A DNA stretch of 64,000 bases from contig JBPOFY010000002.1 of the NCBI GenBank assembly GCA_051252375.1, forward strand, positions 544,001 to 608,000, given 5' to 3'. Position numbers and translations under genes: made by a program. Origin of the DNA: Opitutaceae bacterium (lineage in GTDB: Bacteria; Verrucomicrobiota; Verrucomicrobiia; Opitutales; Coraliomargaritaceae). Each line of letters starts with the position of its first letter. The stretch's first letter is position 1. Below, one piece after another: positions 21,375 through 32,490 of this stretch. The notes under the pieces are model-generated. The model searched no databases. It was not told the origin of the DNA and was given only the letters and a program-made list of their open reading frames with translations.

Positions 21375-22466
21375 CTACATGAGTTTCTTGAGAGCCTCTT
21401 TCGCTCCAATCGCTTGAACCAGCGCTTTGATATCTTGCGCCTTATCTTTGTGGCACACCAGTGTCGCGTCGTCGGTCTTCACTACGATCAAATCATCCAC
21501 TCCAAGGAGAGCGACCAAGTGATCATCATCACGGCAATAGACGATATTGTTTGCGCCTTGCTCAATCTGAGCCGTGCCGCGCACAACGTTACCAGCATCG
21601 TCTGCCGGATAGTGACGCGCGATGGCAGACCACTCGCCGACATCGTCCCAGTCGAAACCGGACTCTACCATGACAACATTGTTTGCCTTCTCGATGATCG
21701 CGTAGTCGATCGAAATCTTTTCCAAGCTCGGATAGTGCGCTGCCAACAAAGGGTCGATCGTCTCGCCCGCCGAGAGCCCTGTATCAATTGCTTGCAGTGC
21801 ATTCCATAGCGCCGGCGTGTTGGCTTCCAACTGCTCAACAATCGAAGCCACTGACCATACAAACATGCCGGCATTCCAAAAGTAATCACCACTATCGAGA
21901 TAGCCTTGCGCGGTCGCGGCGTCGGGCTTTTCGACAAATCGTTTTACGTTAAAAATAGATCGGCTGGCAAATTCGCCGAGCGCATCGCCTTGCTGAATAT
22001 AACCATAACCAGTCGCCGGCGAAGTCGCAGTGATCCCAATTGTAGCCAACACATTTTGCGCTTCGGCAACGGCAAATGCAGATTCCAGAGTCGCGCAAAG
22101 ACCTGCCGCGTCGTGGATCATCGCGTCCGCAGGAAGCATCGCAAAAGTCGCATTAGGGTTCTCGCGTTTGACTAGAATCGTCGCGAGCCCTACAGCTGCG
22201 GCGGTATCACGCCCGACCGGTTCACCGATCACCTTCGCGGGATCTAATTCCGGACATACTTCTAATACCGCCGCACGTTGCTCGGCATTAGTAATGACAA
22301 ACACCTCTTTGGGTGAAACCAGCCCAGCGAGTCGATCCACTGTTTGCGCCAACATGGCTTTCTCACCGACAATCGGCAACAACTGCTTCGGGCGGGCCAT
22401 ACGACTCTCCGGCCAAAAACGTTCTCCGCGACCACCGGCCATAATCACTACATATCGATTCGACAT
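21375..22466 (-). CDS. manC: Mannose-1-phosphate guanylyltransferase
   Basis: IMAGGRGERFWPESR, PKQLL, EPVGRDTA, FVEKPD, WNAGMF, ISIDYAIIEK, WDDVGEW. Confidence 0.92.
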   Translation of the reverse strand: MSNRYVVIMAGGRGERFWPESRMARPKQLLPIVGEKAMLAQTVDRLAGLVSPKEVFVITNAEQRAAVLEVCPELDPAKVIGEPVGRDTAAAVGLATILVKRENPNATFAMLPADAMIHDAAGLCATLESAFAVAEAQNVLATIGITATSPATGYGYIQQGDALGEFASRSIFNVKRFVEKPDAATAQGYLDSGDYFWNAGMFVWSVASIVEQLEANTPALWNALQAIDTGLSAGETIDPLLAAHYPSLEKISIDYAIIEKANNVVMVESGFDWDDVGEWSAIARHYPADDAGNVVRGTAQIEQGANNIVYCRDDDHLVALLGVDDLIVVKTDDATLVCHKDKAQDIKALVQAIGAKEALKKLM

Positions 22467-22544
22467 GCCGTCAGCGTTGTCGAATCAAGCACCGAAGCAA
22501 GTCAGAAGGTTGAGCATACAACGTTGAAGCAATGTAAGTGTGAT

Positions 22545-22613
22545 GGCAGGGATCGTTATCCTTAACGATCCGTTTGCTCGACTGGCGGCGCGATAAGGAT
22601 ATCGCGCCCTACC
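22545..22613. repeat. REP-like inverted doublet
   Basis: GGCAG-GGATCGTTA-TCCT-TAACGATCC and inverted GGTAG-GGCGCGATA-TCCT-TATCGCGCC. Confidence 0.75.
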
Positions 22614-22694
22614 CGATCTAAATTGACCCGGGAGAAACGCACTACAAACAGACAAAAGAGTGACAGCTCTCTGAAATTCATCACGTTAATCGGC

Positions 22695-23699
22695 ATGCCA
22701 CTAGGAAACGAAGTCAAAGAAGCGCTGCGCCAACAACTCTGCGATTTGCAGAGCTACTTATTAAAAGCCATTCATGCCGCACGGGAGGCATCGAGCACGA
22801 GCGCACTCTCGGCGATCTCCAAAGAAACCGCATCCGACACAATTTTCGTGATCGATCAAATCGCGGAAGAAGCGATCTTCACTTGGTTCTCCAACAACTG
22901 GGACGCTGACTGGCCAGTCGAGATCATCATGGAAGGGCTTGAGCACCAACTCACTTTCCCAAAGGACACCGCAGTCGAGGACACCAAGCTCAAATGCCTG
23001 ATCGACCCGATCGACGGCACTCGATGCATCATGTATGACAAGCGATCTGCTTGGATACTCGCGGGCATCGCAGCACAACGCGGCGAGGACAACACACTCG
23101 CCGACATCGAAGTCGCTGCGATGACAGAGATCCCCACCACTCGGCAATGGCGCGCCGACCAACTCAGTGCCACGCGCGGCGGTGGACTGCAATCCATCGC
23201 GATCGATGTTCGAAACGGTTTCACAGAAACGCCTATCGAGCACACGCCCAGCAAAGAGAGCACCGTGCACCACGCCTTCGGCACGATCTGCCGTTACTTT
23301 CCAGCTGGCTCTACCCTACTCTCTCAAATCGAAGAAAGCCTCTGGGATAAACTCTACGGTGACGGCAACGGCGTCCCAGTCGTTTTCAACGACCAATACA
23401 TTTCAACCGGTGGTCAGTTCTACGAAATTCTCAGCGGGCACGATCGCTTCGTTGCCGACATCCGGCCACTCGCATTCCGCATCTTAGATATTGAAGAAAA
23501 TCTTGGCGCACACCCCTACGATGTCGTCTGCGCGCTCCTGCTCGAAGAAGCAGGCTGCATTATCGAATACCCCGACGGCAGCCCACTGGATTGCCCGCTC
23601 GACACCACCAGCGCGGTGAACTGGGTGGCTTATGCGAATGAAGAACTCGCAGCACACATCCGCCCTGCGCTGCAAAGCGTGTTGGCCAAGCTCTGCTGA
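22695..23699 (+). CDS. Inositol monophosphatase / FIG superfamily phosphatase
   Basis: LIDPIDGTR motif and HPYDV; ATG at 22695 preferred. Confidence 0.75.
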   Translation: MPLGNEVKEALRQQLCDLQSYLLKAIHAAREASSTSALSAISKETASDTIFVIDQIAEEAIFTWFSNNWDADWPVEIIMEGLEHQLTFPKDTAVEDTKLKCLIDPIDGTRCIMYDKRSAWILAGIAAQRGEDNTLADIEVAAMTEIPTTRQWRADQLSATRGGGLQSIAIDVRNGFTETPIEHTPSKESTVHHAFGTICRYFPAGSTLLSQIEESLWDKLYGDGNGVPVVFNDQYISTGGQFYEILSGHDRFVADIRPLAFRILDIEENLGAHPYDVVCALLLEEAGCIIEYPDGSPLDCPLDTTSAVNWVAYANEELAAHIRPALQSVLAKLC

Positions 23700-23740
23700 C
23701 ACCTCCTGCAACGAACCTCAGGTAGACCTCAAATAGAAAT

Positions 23741-23770
23741 TTGGGCAGAATAATTTTGGGCAGAATAATT
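23741..23770 (+). repeat. Left 2x15-bp tandem repeat (TTGGGCAGAATAATT)2
   Basis: Perfect duplication; inverted counterpart at 24321-24350. Confidence 0.85.
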
Positions 23771-23781
23771 CCTGAAATTCG

Positions 23782-23843
<62 letters not shown>

Positions 23844-23845
23844 GT

Positions 23846-24088
23846 TTATTTTGGTCTAATTGGAGGTGAACTGTCTATCTCTATATTACTAATTTCATCG
23901 CTGCCCTGTATCGAAATTTCTATATCTCCGACACCTCCCTCAGCGGAATAATCACTTCGCAAGTGGAAATGTTTCCTGTTCTGTTTAAGTGAGCGAAGTA
24001 CTTCCATGAGAGTATCAATCTCATCGTCTTTAATGGATAAGGTGAGACCATACCAACCTGTCTTAAAATCTTCGATTTCTGCTCTCAT
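23846..24088 (-). CDS. Integron gene-cassette protein, 80 aa, unknown function
   Basis: AT-rich ORF starting 10 nt after GTTATGT and ending 2 nt before the complementary ACATAAC. Confidence 0.75.
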   Translation of the reverse strand: MRAEIEDFKTGWYGLTLSIKDDEIDTLMEVLRSLKQNRKHFHLRSDYSAEGGVGDIEISIQGSDEISNIEIDSSPPIRPK

Positions 24089-24098
24089 ACTTTAACTT

Positions 24099-24232
24099 AC
24101 ATAACAAGTTATTAGTTCATTTCCGGATAACATCCTAGATCTGGGAAATGTCGACTCTTAATGGCGTTATTGAACCCCAAGCCCTATACGGATAATATCC
24201 TTTTTGGGTAAAAAAGTAATCGGATAATACCG
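24099..24232 (-). mobile_element. attI-like site with direct repeats
   Basis: Minus strand GAACTAAT-AACTT-GTTATGT (L box, 5 nt, R box), preceded by GATGTTATCCGG and two more TATTATCCG copies (plus strand CGGATAA at 24124, 24189, 24221). Confidence 0.6.
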
Positions 24233-24320
24233 ACAAATGAAGCAGTTACCAAATCTCCGCCTCTAGCTTTAGTCGCGTAAATTGAGACCACATCTCATCC
24301 TACTGTATAATCCGAGTTAA

Positions 24321-24350
24321 AATTATTCTGCCAAAAATTATTCTGTAAAA
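24321..24350 (-). repeat. Right 2x15-bp tandem repeat, inverted relative to 23741-23770
   Basis: AATTATTCTGCCAAA-AATTATTCTGTAAAA; 14/15 and 12/15 matches to the reverse complement of the left unit. Confidence 0.8.
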
Positions 24351-24379
24351 AATCATGAATGATGTCGCTCCGCTCGGAA

Positions 24380-24402
24380 CGGCCGAATCCCCGGCCTCTA
24401 CA
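24380..24402 (-). repeat. Single REP-like hairpin (GTAG)
   Basis: Minus strand TGTAGAGGCCGGGGATTCGGCCG. Confidence 0.5.
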
Positions 24403-24415
24403 TCTAGCGAGAGAA

Positions 24416-24979
24416 CTACTTATTCAGTTGGTAAAACATCAAGCCCACCAGTGCTAGCGCGTGACCGATCTTGCAGTCCTTCGCCCATTGAAGCACTTCG
24501 GCCTCGGGGATGACGCGAATTTCTATTTCTTCGTGCTCATCCCAATCAGTGCCTGCTTCGGCGAGACGGCAATTATCTGCAAAAATCACTTGGCAGGTAT
24601 TATTCAGAATCGCGGGATTCGGACTACAGTACCCGATCAAACGACCACTCTCTGCGACGTAACCCGTCTCCTCCTGCAATTCGCGCAGACCTGCCGCAAC
24701 TGGGTCTTCGCCAGCATCGACAACCCCACCGGGCAATTCCCATGAAAGCTCGTCGGAACCCCAACGAAATTGGCGCACCATAATCAACTCACCATCCACT
24801 GTGCGTGCGACGACGACTGCCCAATCACGGGAGTCGATATAGAAAAAATCGCCCTCTTTACCATTATGAGGATGGCGATAACGGCGCATCCGCAAATCCC
24901 ACACACGGCAGGGATTCAGCAAAGTATCATTGATCAAATCCCAACGTGGCGGAGTGCCACCACTTGCTTCATCTGCCAT
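24416..24979 (-). CDS. NUDIX hydrolase (ADP-ribose pyrophosphatase-like)
   Basis: Nudix box [27 protein letters not shown]. Confidence 0.9.
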   Translation of the reverse strand: MADEASGGTPPRWDLINDTLLNPCRVWDLRMRRYRHPHNGKEGDFFYIDSRDWAVVVARTVDGELIMVRQFRWGSDELSWELPGGVVDAGEDPVAAGLRELQEETGYVAESGRLIGYCSPNPAILNNTCQVIFADNCRLAEAGTDWDEHEEIEIRVIPEAEVLQWAKDCKIGHALALVGLMFYQLNK

Positions 24980-24981
24980 AC

Positions 24982-25599
24982 TTAGTTGGCAGGGATAGCG
25001 ATCTTCTGACCGATCTGTAAAGCGCGTGGGTTTACACCTGGGTTTGCATCGAGCAATGCTTGAAGACTGATCCCCAGCTTGCCTGCAATCTTAGCAAAAT
25101 TATCGCCGGACTGAATACTGTAGGTGCTGGCGGCACTACCTGTGGCAGCCGTTTCACCACTCGTCACAGTGACCGTGCCGCTGGCGGTATCAACCGCTGC
25201 CGGTTTCGCCGGCGCGGGCTTTGGGCGAGTGACACCTGCGGTAAATTCATTCACCTTCTCGACGAGCTTCACCATTTCCTCTCGGTTGGATTTCACACCG
25301 GAAAGCGCTTGCTTCACCGCTTGCTCACTTTGCGAACTATACACACGCAGACGACTCACAGTCTGTGCCAACTCATTATTCTTAGCCGTGAGTTCGGTCA
25401 ATTTGGTATCGAAAGCGCTCAATTGCTTTTCGATCCGTGCCGCGCTGCCAGAGTTGGCCTCCATGCTGTCACTGATCGGGCTCAGCTGTTGATTGGCAGT
25501 AATGCCGAAATAAAGGCCTGCGCCGCCGAGAGCAATTGCCAGAACGGCAAGGGCAACTGGGACCATCGAGCTTGAGGATGCATTGATATCGTCTTCCAT
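24982..25599 (-). CDS. Membrane-anchored coiled-coil LysM domain protein
   Basis: N-terminal TM helix; C-terminal [44 protein letters not shown]. Confidence 0.88.
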   Translation of the reverse strand: MEDDINASSSSMVPVALAVLAIALGGAGLYFGITANQQLSPISDSMEANSGSAARIEKQLSAFDTKLTELTAKNNELAQTVSRLRVYSSQSEQAVKQALSGVKSNREEMVKLVEKVNEFTAGVTRPKPAPAKPAAVDTASGTVTVTSGETAATGSAASTYSIQSGDNFAKIAGKLGISLQALLDANPGVNPRALQIGQKIAIPAN

Positions 25600-25780
25600 A
25601 AAAACGGCACGCTAAGGGATTTACGGAACTGTGCAAGCCAGCGTTCAGCAAGTTTTTAACAATAGCTTCATCCTACGCACCGTTATTTGCGCTTGCTGGA
25701 AAGTGGAATGAGTGGTCAAATTTACCTATTCAAATCGCATCCACGATTTGATCCACGCAACAGTTAAACAAAACAGAACG

Positions 25781-26593
25781 ATGCCGGACTACTACATACG
25801 CACACCTGACCAAGACGAATCCCGTGGACCCTTTGATCCGATCAAGCTGCAAACCTTAGCGGAGGCAGGTCAAATTTCAGAGAACTCACTCTACTACGAC
25901 GAATCAAAAGAAGAATGGGTGCCCATCGCACTGAATGCAGAACTGTGCGCTCAAGTATTTCCGCAACGTGAAAAACTCGAGCTCAGGATCCAAAAGAGCA
26001 AGGAGGTCTTAGCCGCAGAAGAAGCTGTAAAAGATCCCGGCGGACACTCGGTCGAAGACATGCTCGACGCCGCGGAAGGTAACACCGACGAGAAAAAAGC
26101 GCTGAAACAAAAGGAAAAAAGTTTTAACAAAGCCGCCGCCCTTTCCGCACCGAGTCTCGGCATCATGATGATGGCTTCAGCCGTCTTTTTGCTCTATCCG
26201 CATTATTCAATCATTCTGGATTCGATACAATCAGGCACCTACGCATCTCTGATCAATTTCCCATTCATCCTGATTGGCATATTTGATTTCATGATGGGGA
26301 TCTTCCTCTTCCTCGCGGTTACTGAAGTATATCCGCTACTGCGAGGCCGCTCGATGCTCACACTCGGTTTCGGAGCATATGTGGGCTGGTCGCTTGGCGA
26401 TCCAATTTTAATGTTAGTCTCCGCATTATCAGGACTAGGCATCTTCCTCGCCACCATCGCTCAAAGGCAATCCATCATGTATCTAGCAATCGTCATCGGT
26501 ATCGGCGGCAATGGATTCCTTGCGTATTTGGCAGTCGCTGGTCGCTTTACAGGATTCTTTGAAGGCGTTCAGTTCGACCTAATCACTGATTAA
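25781..26593 (+). CDS. GYF_2 (DUF4339)-like domain membrane protein
   Basis: YYIR..ESRGPFDPIKLQTLAEAGQI...EWVPI, followed by several TM helices. Confidence 0.7.
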   Translation: MPDYYIRTPDQDESRGPFDPIKLQTLAEAGQISENSLYYDESKEEWVPIALNAELCAQVFPQREKLELRIQKSKEVLAAEEAVKDPGGHSVEDMLDAAEGNTDEKKALKQKEKSFNKAAALSAPSLGIMMMASAVFLLYPHYSIILDSIQSGTYASLINFPFILIGIFDFMMGIFLFLAVTEVYPLLRGRSMLTLGFGAYVGWSLGDPILMLVSALSGLGIFLATIAQRQSIMYLAIVIGIGGNGFLAYLAVAGRFTGFFEGVQFDLITD

Positions 26594-26616
26594 GCGAAGC
26601 CGTATCGAAATCGATT

Positions 26617-28098
26617 GTGGATAATAAAGAGAACCAAGCCGCTGACGCCAAAAGGGAAGCCAGTTTTCTCAGCCAAGCCCGCAAATATGGCGCCCGCACA
26701 CAGGCGCTATTATATAAGGACATTTGGGAACTAGAGCACCTAGGTCGCAAGACTGTGCGTGCACGGCTCTATCTATTGCTGCGTGTATTGACGCTCACCT
26801 TTCAGGGTTTGAAGCGGAATCACATCCCGATGCAAGCGGCGGCGTTGACCTTTTTCTCCTCGATCGGGATCGGACCACTCATCGCCTTCGGCATCATGAT
26901 CTCCGGGTTCTTGCTCGATAAAGACATCGCCGACGATCCCGCAGCTGGTCAGCAAGACAGCGTCGTCGTGCAAAAGATCACAGAGATCATCGCCTACGCC
27001 GCACCACAAGTCGCGGTCACAGTCGATGACGACGGCAATGGTGGCTCTCGCACAGAACTAGCGCCCGAGTTACTAGAACTTATCAATAATTTCAGTTCCG
27101 TAGCGAAGTCAGGCACCGTCGGTGTGATCGGCACGCTCATGCTCTTATTCATCTGTTTGCAGGTGCTCACCTCGATCGAGAAATCGTTCAACACTCTGTG
27201 GGGTGTCTCGCAGGGGCGTAATTTTACCGAACGCATCGTCACCTATTGGACATTGATCAGTCTCGGTGCCGTTCTCGGCACGGCCGCTATTTCGCTGCAG
27301 ATCCTTAAAGTCTTCACCCAGTTCGCCCAAAATCTACCCTTTGGGACCACGCTCGCGTCGATGATTCAGTTCTTCTCGCCTGTTATCGGCTTCATCATGA
27401 TTGTCGTGTTGCTGGCGGTCTTCCTCCGTTTCATCCCCAACACAAAGGTCAACTGGAGACCCGCTTTTGTCGGCGCAGTTCTCGTCGTCAGCCTGCTGCA
27501 GGTTTACAAGATGCTCTCGTTTCTTTACGTCCAGCAAGTCGTCAACAACAAGAGCCTCTATGGTTCGGTCGGCATTATCGTCATCCTCATGCTCGGTCTC
27601 TATGTCTTTTGGCTGCTTATTTTGTTCGGCGGACAAGTCACCTACGCCATGCAAAACGCGGATTCATTAACCAATGAAAGCGCTTGGCAAAAGACCAGCG
27701 AGCGCGCCCGCGAACTCATCTCTCTGGCTGTGCTCATCGCCGTCGGTCAACGCTTTCACAATGGCGGACCACCCTTACGCGCCAGTGAGATCCATAAACG
27801 ACTGCGCGTGCCCAGCCATATTTTGAATTCGAGCATCACGCGCCTCTGCCAGATCGGCTATCTTTACCAAGTCGAGACCAAGAGTATCGAAGAAGAGCGC
27901 GACCACGCCTACCAGCCCGCCCAGCCACTCGAATCAATTAACCTAGGCAGCTTCAAACAAGCCTTCGAGTCCTACGGCAACAACGACGGCGCCGATTTAA
28001 TCGCCGCATCCAGCCCAGCCGTCACAACCTATTTAGAAGAAGTCGTTTCGCTGAAAGACTGCCCCAGCGCCAATCTGACCCTTCGAGACCTGCTATAG
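26617..28098 (+). CDS. YihY/virulence factor BrkB family membrane protein
   Basis: QAAALTFFS, IEKSFNTLWGV, FIPNTKVNWR, LYGSVGII, WLLILFGGQ; C-terminal HTH-like region. Confidence 0.88.
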   Translation: MDNKENQAADAKREASFLSQARKYGARTQALLYKDIWELEHLGRKTVRARLYLLLRVLTLTFQGLKRNHIPMQAAALTFFSSIGIGPLIAFGIMISGFLLDKDIADDPAAGQQDSVVVQKITEIIAYAAPQVAVTVDDDGNGGSRTELAPELLELINNFSSVAKSGTVGVIGTLMLLFICLQVLTSIEKSFNTLWGVSQGRNFTERIVTYWTLISLGAVLGTAAISLQILKVFTQFAQNLPFGTTLASMIQFFSPVIGFIMIVVLLAVFLRFIPNTKVNWRPAFVGAVLVVSLLQVYKMLSFLYVQQVVNNKSLYGSVGIIVILMLGLYVFWLLILFGGQVTYAMQNADSLTNESAWQKTSERARELISLAVLIAVGQRFHNGGPPLRASEIHKRLRVPSHILNSSITRLCQIGYLYQVETKSIEEERDHAYQPAQPLESINLGSFKQAFESYGNNDGADLIAASSPAVTTYLEEVVSLKDCPSANLTLRDLL

Positions 28099-28155
28099 GT
28101 CCTAAATTCGCGTCTTTTGTGCCTTTCGTAGTCAAAATAGACTGCAACCATTGAG

Positions 28156-28183
28156 TTGACAGCGGTTTCCCCAGACCTAACCT
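28156..28183 (+). promoter_or_regulatory. Candidate sigma70 promoter
   Basis: TTGACA-16 nt-TAACCT ending 24 nt upstream of the ATG at 28208. Confidence 0.45.
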
Positions 28184-28207
28184 CCTGCGCTTTCTCTTTA
28201 CCTACAC

Positions 28208-29872
28208 ATGATTTCTTGGATCCAAAATCACCTCATCCGCCACGGTCGCTGGATATTCCTTTCACTGCTTGCGCTTATCATCGTAGCCTTCGTCTTCACG
28301 ATCGGCAATACGCCTGGTTGCACAACCGATAATAGTTCCTATGAAGAGCAATACTTCTATGGCATCGACATGAATGCTCCACGCGAGCGCGACGTCATCG
28401 TCGAGAAAGTGCAGCTCAGCGTTTACTTCAATAGCCAGCAAATCCGCTCGGATCAGCAGTTCCAATCACAGGTGATCAACCGTATCGCCAAGTTGCACCT
28501 CGCAGACGAGATCGGCATCCCTAGCCCGAATGAAGCGGCGCTTGCTGAATACATCAAGACCAAGCCCGCCTTCCGCGGCCAAGATGGTCAATTCAGCGCT
28601 GATAGCTACACCTCCTTTATCGACACGGTCGAATCAAACCCTCGCATGCAAGTGGGTCTGGTCGCAATCGTCCTCGAAGAAGACTATCGTATCGATCAGA
28701 TCACCAGCGCCCTCACTGGTCCAGGTTACGTCCTTCCTTCCGAGGCAAAGGCACAAACACAAAGCTCACAAACAACGCTAACACTGACCACAGCTGAAAT
28801 CGCCTACAAGGATTTCGCTCCTGAAATCGCTCCTGACGAAGCGACACTTAAGTCTTTCTTCGAGAACAATGCTGCTCGCTACGAAATCCCTGAGCGTATC
28901 AAAGCAAGTTACGCATTCTTCCCTGCGAAGAAATACAGCGATCAAGTGACCGAGCTTGCAGATGCCGCCCTTCGCGACCACTTCATCGCCAACCGTGCAA
29001 AATTCGTCGATGCCTTCACCGCTCTCCAGCCAACACCAGCTGAAGGTGAAGAAGCCCCTGCTGTTACATTTGAAGACGTCCGTCCTTCTGTCGAAGCCAG
29101 CCTCAAAGCAGAGAGCGCTGAGCGCCTCGCAAACGAAGCCGCACAAGCTTTTGCTTACAAGCTCTACCGCGACGAAATCGCACATAAGTCCGCTGCTTTC
29201 AACAAGCTAGTCAACGAATCCGGTCTCAGCCTCACTGCGATCGAGCCCTACTCTGCACAAGGTGCCTCGCAACGTGCACTCTCTGCTGAGATGCTGCAGT
29301 CTGCTTTCGCACTGGGTGGCAATCGCTACTTCTCAGATGCTTACGCGATCGACGGCGGATTTGCTGTCCTCATCTATGAAGGCCGCATCGCTCCCGAGCT
29401 GCCTGCTTTCGAAACCGTGCAAGCTGAAGTGCTCGCCAACTACCAAAGCGAAGAAAAGCGCGCGCTCTTCAACAAAAAGGGTGAAAGCCTTAAAGCCGAA
29501 CTCGAAGCAAAACTCGCTGAAGGCACTAGTTTCGCAGATGCCGCAGCAGCACTTGATCTCGGCGTAAACAGCTATGAAGCCTTCAAGGTTGCCGATGCTC
29601 CACGCGAGCTCAACCGCACAGCGCTACAAACCGCACAAGGTATGAACGCCGGCGAAGTCTCTGCGATGTTCACTGCCAGCGATATCGGCACTTTCGTTTA
29701 TTTAGAGAATAAGGAAGTTCCCGAAATTGCCGAAGATGACGAAGATATGACACAGGCATTAAGCTTCCTCGCCTATATGTCCTCATCAGTCAGCAACAGC
29801 AGCACTGTCAACGAGCTAGTCGCACGTGGTCTTCCCGAAACGGAAGAAGAAACCACTGCAGAAGTTGAATAA
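28208..29872 (+). CDS. PpiD/SurA-like periplasmic chaperone
   Basis: N-terminal anchor (MISWIQ...IIVAFVF), SurA-N-like region (PAFRGQDGQFSADSY) and degenerate rotamase region. Confidence 0.75.
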   Translation: MISWIQNHLIRHGRWIFLSLLALIIVAFVFTIGNTPGCTTDNSSYEEQYFYGIDMNAPRERDVIVEKVQLSVYFNSQQIRSDQQFQSQVINRIAKLHLADEIGIPSPNEAALAEYIKTKPAFRGQDGQFSADSYTSFIDTVESNPRMQVGLVAIVLEEDYRIDQITSALTGPGYVLPSEAKAQTQSSQTTLTLTTAEIAYKDFAPEIAPDEATLKSFFENNAARYEIPERIKASYAFFPAKKYSDQVTELADAALRDHFIANRAKFVDAFTALQPTPAEGEEAPAVTFEDVRPSVEASLKAESAERLANEAAQAFAYKLYRDEIAHKSAAFNKLVNESGLSLTAIEPYSAQGASQRALSAEMLQSAFALGGNRYFSDAYAIDGGFAVLIYEGRIAPELPAFETVQAEVLANYQSEEKRALFNKKGESLKAELEAKLAEGTSFADAAAALDLGVNSYEAFKVADAPRELNRTALQTAQGMNAGEVSAMFTASDIGTFVYLENKEVPEIAEDDEDMTQALSFLAYMSSSVSNSSTVNELVARGLPETEEETTAEVE

Positions 29873-29955
29873 TCCCGTTCGAGCGAAGTAACTGAAAAAA
29901 AGTTAAAAGTTCTGCTTGATCTCATGCAGTAGCTTTGTCTTTATCCCGCACTTCC

Positions 29956-30038
<83 letters not shown>

Positions 30039-30046
30039 TTTTTTTT

Positions 30047-30083
30047 AAACCGTTTCCCCAAAAAGGAAGCGGTTTTCTTTTTT
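30047..30083 (+). terminator. Terminator-like hairpin after tRNA-Arg
   Basis: AAACCGTTTCC-CCAAAAA-GGAAGCGGTTT followed by TCTTTTTT. Confidence 0.6.
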
Positions 30084-30089
30084 CCGATC

Positions 30090-31577
30090 ATGAATAGTTC
30101 TAAATATTTCCAAGAATGGTTTTCGAACCCGCGCCGCGATATCATCGCCGGCACGGTCGTCGCCCTCGCATTGATCCCTGAGGCCATCGCCTTCTCCATC
30201 ATTGCCGGTGTCGACCCGAAGGTCGGGCTATATGCCTCGTTCTGTATCGCCGTGGTGATTGCATTCGTTGGTGGCCGTGCAGGGATGATCTCCGCCGCCA
30301 CCGGTGCGATGGCAGTTCTGCTGGTCGCCTTGGTCCGTGATCATGGTCTGGAGTATTTACTACCCGTCACGATTTTGACCGGTATTCTCCAAATCATAGC
30401 CGGTGCGCTTAAGCTGGGTAATTTGATGCGTTTTGTTTCACGATCCGTCGTCACCGGTTTCGTCAACGCGCTTGCGATTATTATCTTTATGGCGCAGTTG
30501 CCTCAATTCCATGACCAAGGGCTACTCATGTATGGCATGGTCGCCGCGGGTCTCGGCATCATTTACGGTCTGCCACTGCTCACCAAGGCAGTTCCCTCGC
30601 CTCTCGTTTGTATCGTTGTTCTAACTGGCGTGTCCATGTCGATGGGTCTCGATGCCACCCTGAACACCGTGGGCGACATGGGCGACTTACCCTCCACACT
30701 GCCCATTTTCCTACTACCCGATGTGCCACTCAATTTTGAGACACTGAGCATCATTTTTCCTTATGCCATCTCACTGGCGATTGTCGGTTTATTGGAATCT
30801 TTGATGACTTCTACCATCGTCGACGACTTCACCGACACCACCAGTAACAAAAACCAAGAGTGCGCCGGCCAAGGTTTTGCTAATATCGTTTCCGGTTTCT
30901 TCGGCGGTATGGCTGGTTGCGCGATGATCGGACAATCCGTGATCAATGTGCAGTCCGGCGGTCGCGGACGATTGTCCACTTTTGCGGCGGGCATCATCCT
31001 TCTGATTCTGATTGTGGTAATGGGCGATCTCGTGAGCCAGATTCCGATGGCCGCACTGGTTGCCGTGATGATCATGGTTTCGATCGGCACTTTCAGTTGG
31101 TCGTCGATTAAGAACCTACGCATCCACCACCGCACTTCCAGCGTCGTGATGCTAGCGACCGTGCTCACGACTGTCTTCACCCACAACTTGGCCTATGGTG
31201 TGGGAGCCGGTGTGCTACTCAGCGCTCTGTTCTTTGCCTACAAAGTATCCGGTCAGCTCAATATCGCATCTACCCTCGAAGTCTCCAAGAAGGAGCGCAC
31301 TTACACCATACGTGGGCAGCTCTTCTTCGTCTCTGCCAGCAGCTTTGCCGATGCCTTCGACTTCCGCGAAGTCTTGGAAAAAATCACCATCGATGTCTCC
31401 GAAGCTCACTTCTGGGATCTATCTTCGATCAATGCTCTCGACCGTGTTGTCTTGAAGTTTCGCCGTGAAGGCACTGAAGTAGAACTCACCGGCATGAACC
31501 AAGCTAGTAAAACCCTCGTCCTCGAAGTCGCTAAATACGATAAGCCCGGCGCCTTGGACGACATGGGCGGACACTAA
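30090..31577 (+). CDS. SulP/SLC26 family anion transporter with STAS domain
   Basis: [51 protein letters not shown] at 30090; the ORF-track start overlaps the tRNA. Confidence 0.92.
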   Translation: MNSSKYFQEWFSNPRRDIIAGTVVALALIPEAIAFSIIAGVDPKVGLYASFCIAVVIAFVGGRAGMISAATGAMAVLLVALVRDHGLEYLLPVTILTGILQIIAGALKLGNLMRFVSRSVVTGFVNALAIIIFMAQLPQFHDQGLLMYGMVAAGLGIIYGLPLLTKAVPSPLVCIVVLTGVSMSMGLDATLNTVGDMGDLPSTLPIFLLPDVPLNFETLSIIFPYAISLAIVGLLESLMTSTIVDDFTDTTSNKNQECAGQGFANIVSGFFGGMAGCAMIGQSVINVQSGGRGRLSTFAAGIILLILIVVMGDLVSQIPMAALVAVMIMVSIGTFSWSSIKNLRIHHRTSSVVMLATVLTTVFTHNLAYGVGAGVLLSALFFAYKVSGQLNIASTLEVSKKERTYTIRGQLFFVSASSFADAFDFREVLEKITIDVSEAHFWDLSSINALDRVVLKFRREGTEVELTGMNQASKTLVLEVAKYDKPGALDDMGGH

Positions 31578-31587
31578 GCATTTTAAA

Positions 31588-31636
31588 GCACCTCGAACCC
31601 CAAATCTCGAATCACGCACCCCGAATCACGCATCTC
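31588..31636 (+). repeat. 7x heptamer tandem repeat
   Basis: GCACCTC GAACCCC AAATCTC GAATCAC GCACCCC GAATCAC GCATCTC, ending directly at the next ATG. Confidence 0.75.
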
Positions 31637-32488
31637 ATGAATATCCTAGCTTGCACAGACGGTTCACTTTACTCGACCAGCATTTACGAACACGCCGCTT
31701 GGGCAGCCAAGCAGTTGGACGCCTCCGTTCACGTGCTCCACATGCTCAACCCACACCATGAAGATCCTGTCAAGGCGGACTACAGCGGCAAAATGGGCTT
31801 CGGTGCCCGCACCGCGCTCCTTAACGAGCTAGTCGAACTCGAAGCCGCCAAGGCCAAGGTCGCCCAAAAGCGTGGACAAGCGATCTTAGAAGATGCTGAA
31901 GCCAAACTAAAAGAAGCTGGCGTCGACAATATCGAAGCGGACCAAAAGCACGGCAAATTGAGTGACGAAATCACACAATACGAACGCGACGCCGATCTAG
32001 TCGTCATCGGTAAACGTGGCAATAACGCCGACTTTGAAAAAGGCCACCTCGGTAGCAATCTTGAGCGCGTCATTCGCAGTTGCGAACACCCGGTGCTGGT
32101 TGCTTCTCGTGCTTTCGCCCCTCTCAACAATTTCGTCCTAGCCTTCGACGGAGGTTCCAGCGCTAAAAAGGCTGTCGAATACGTCGCCACGAGCCCACTG
32201 CTCAAAGGCATGCATTGCTACTTGCTCTATGTCGGCTCTGGTAACGCGAAAATAGAAGCCGCTCTCGCAGAAGCCGAAAGCACACTCAAAGCAGCTGGCT
32301 ACGAGGTCACCATCGAACACCGCGATGGCGAACCAGCAAAGGTCATTGGCGACGTCGTTGCCGCGGACCACATCGATCTCCTCGTCATGGGCGCTTACGG
32401 TCACTCTCATATTCGCCGCCTCATCGTCGGCAGCACTACCACTGAGATGATCGCCACGGTTAAAATCCCCGTGCTTCTTTTCCGCTAA
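31637..32488 (+). CDS. Universal stress protein (tandem USP domains)
   Basis: ILACTDGS, DLVVIGKRG, LGSNLERVIR, DLLVMGAYGHS, GSTT; typical partner of SulP. Confidence 0.92.
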   Translation: MNILACTDGSLYSTSIYEHAAWAAKQLDASVHVLHMLNPHHEDPVKADYSGKMGFGARTALLNELVELEAAKAKVAQKRGQAILEDAEAKLKEAGVDNIEADQKHGKLSDEITQYERDADLVVIGKRGNNADFEKGHLGSNLERVIRSCEHPVLVASRAFAPLNNFVLAFDGGSSAKKAVEYVATSPLLKGMHCYLLYVGSGNAKIEAALAEAESTLKAAGYEVTIEHRDGEPAKVIGDVVAADHIDLLVMGAYGHSHIRRLIVGSTTTEMIATVKIPVLLFR

Positions 32489-32490
32489 AG

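Noticed and set aside
24237..24266. 9-codon stub as a definite intI pseudogene
   Set aside because: Position fits but it is too short to show homology; not annotated as a feature.
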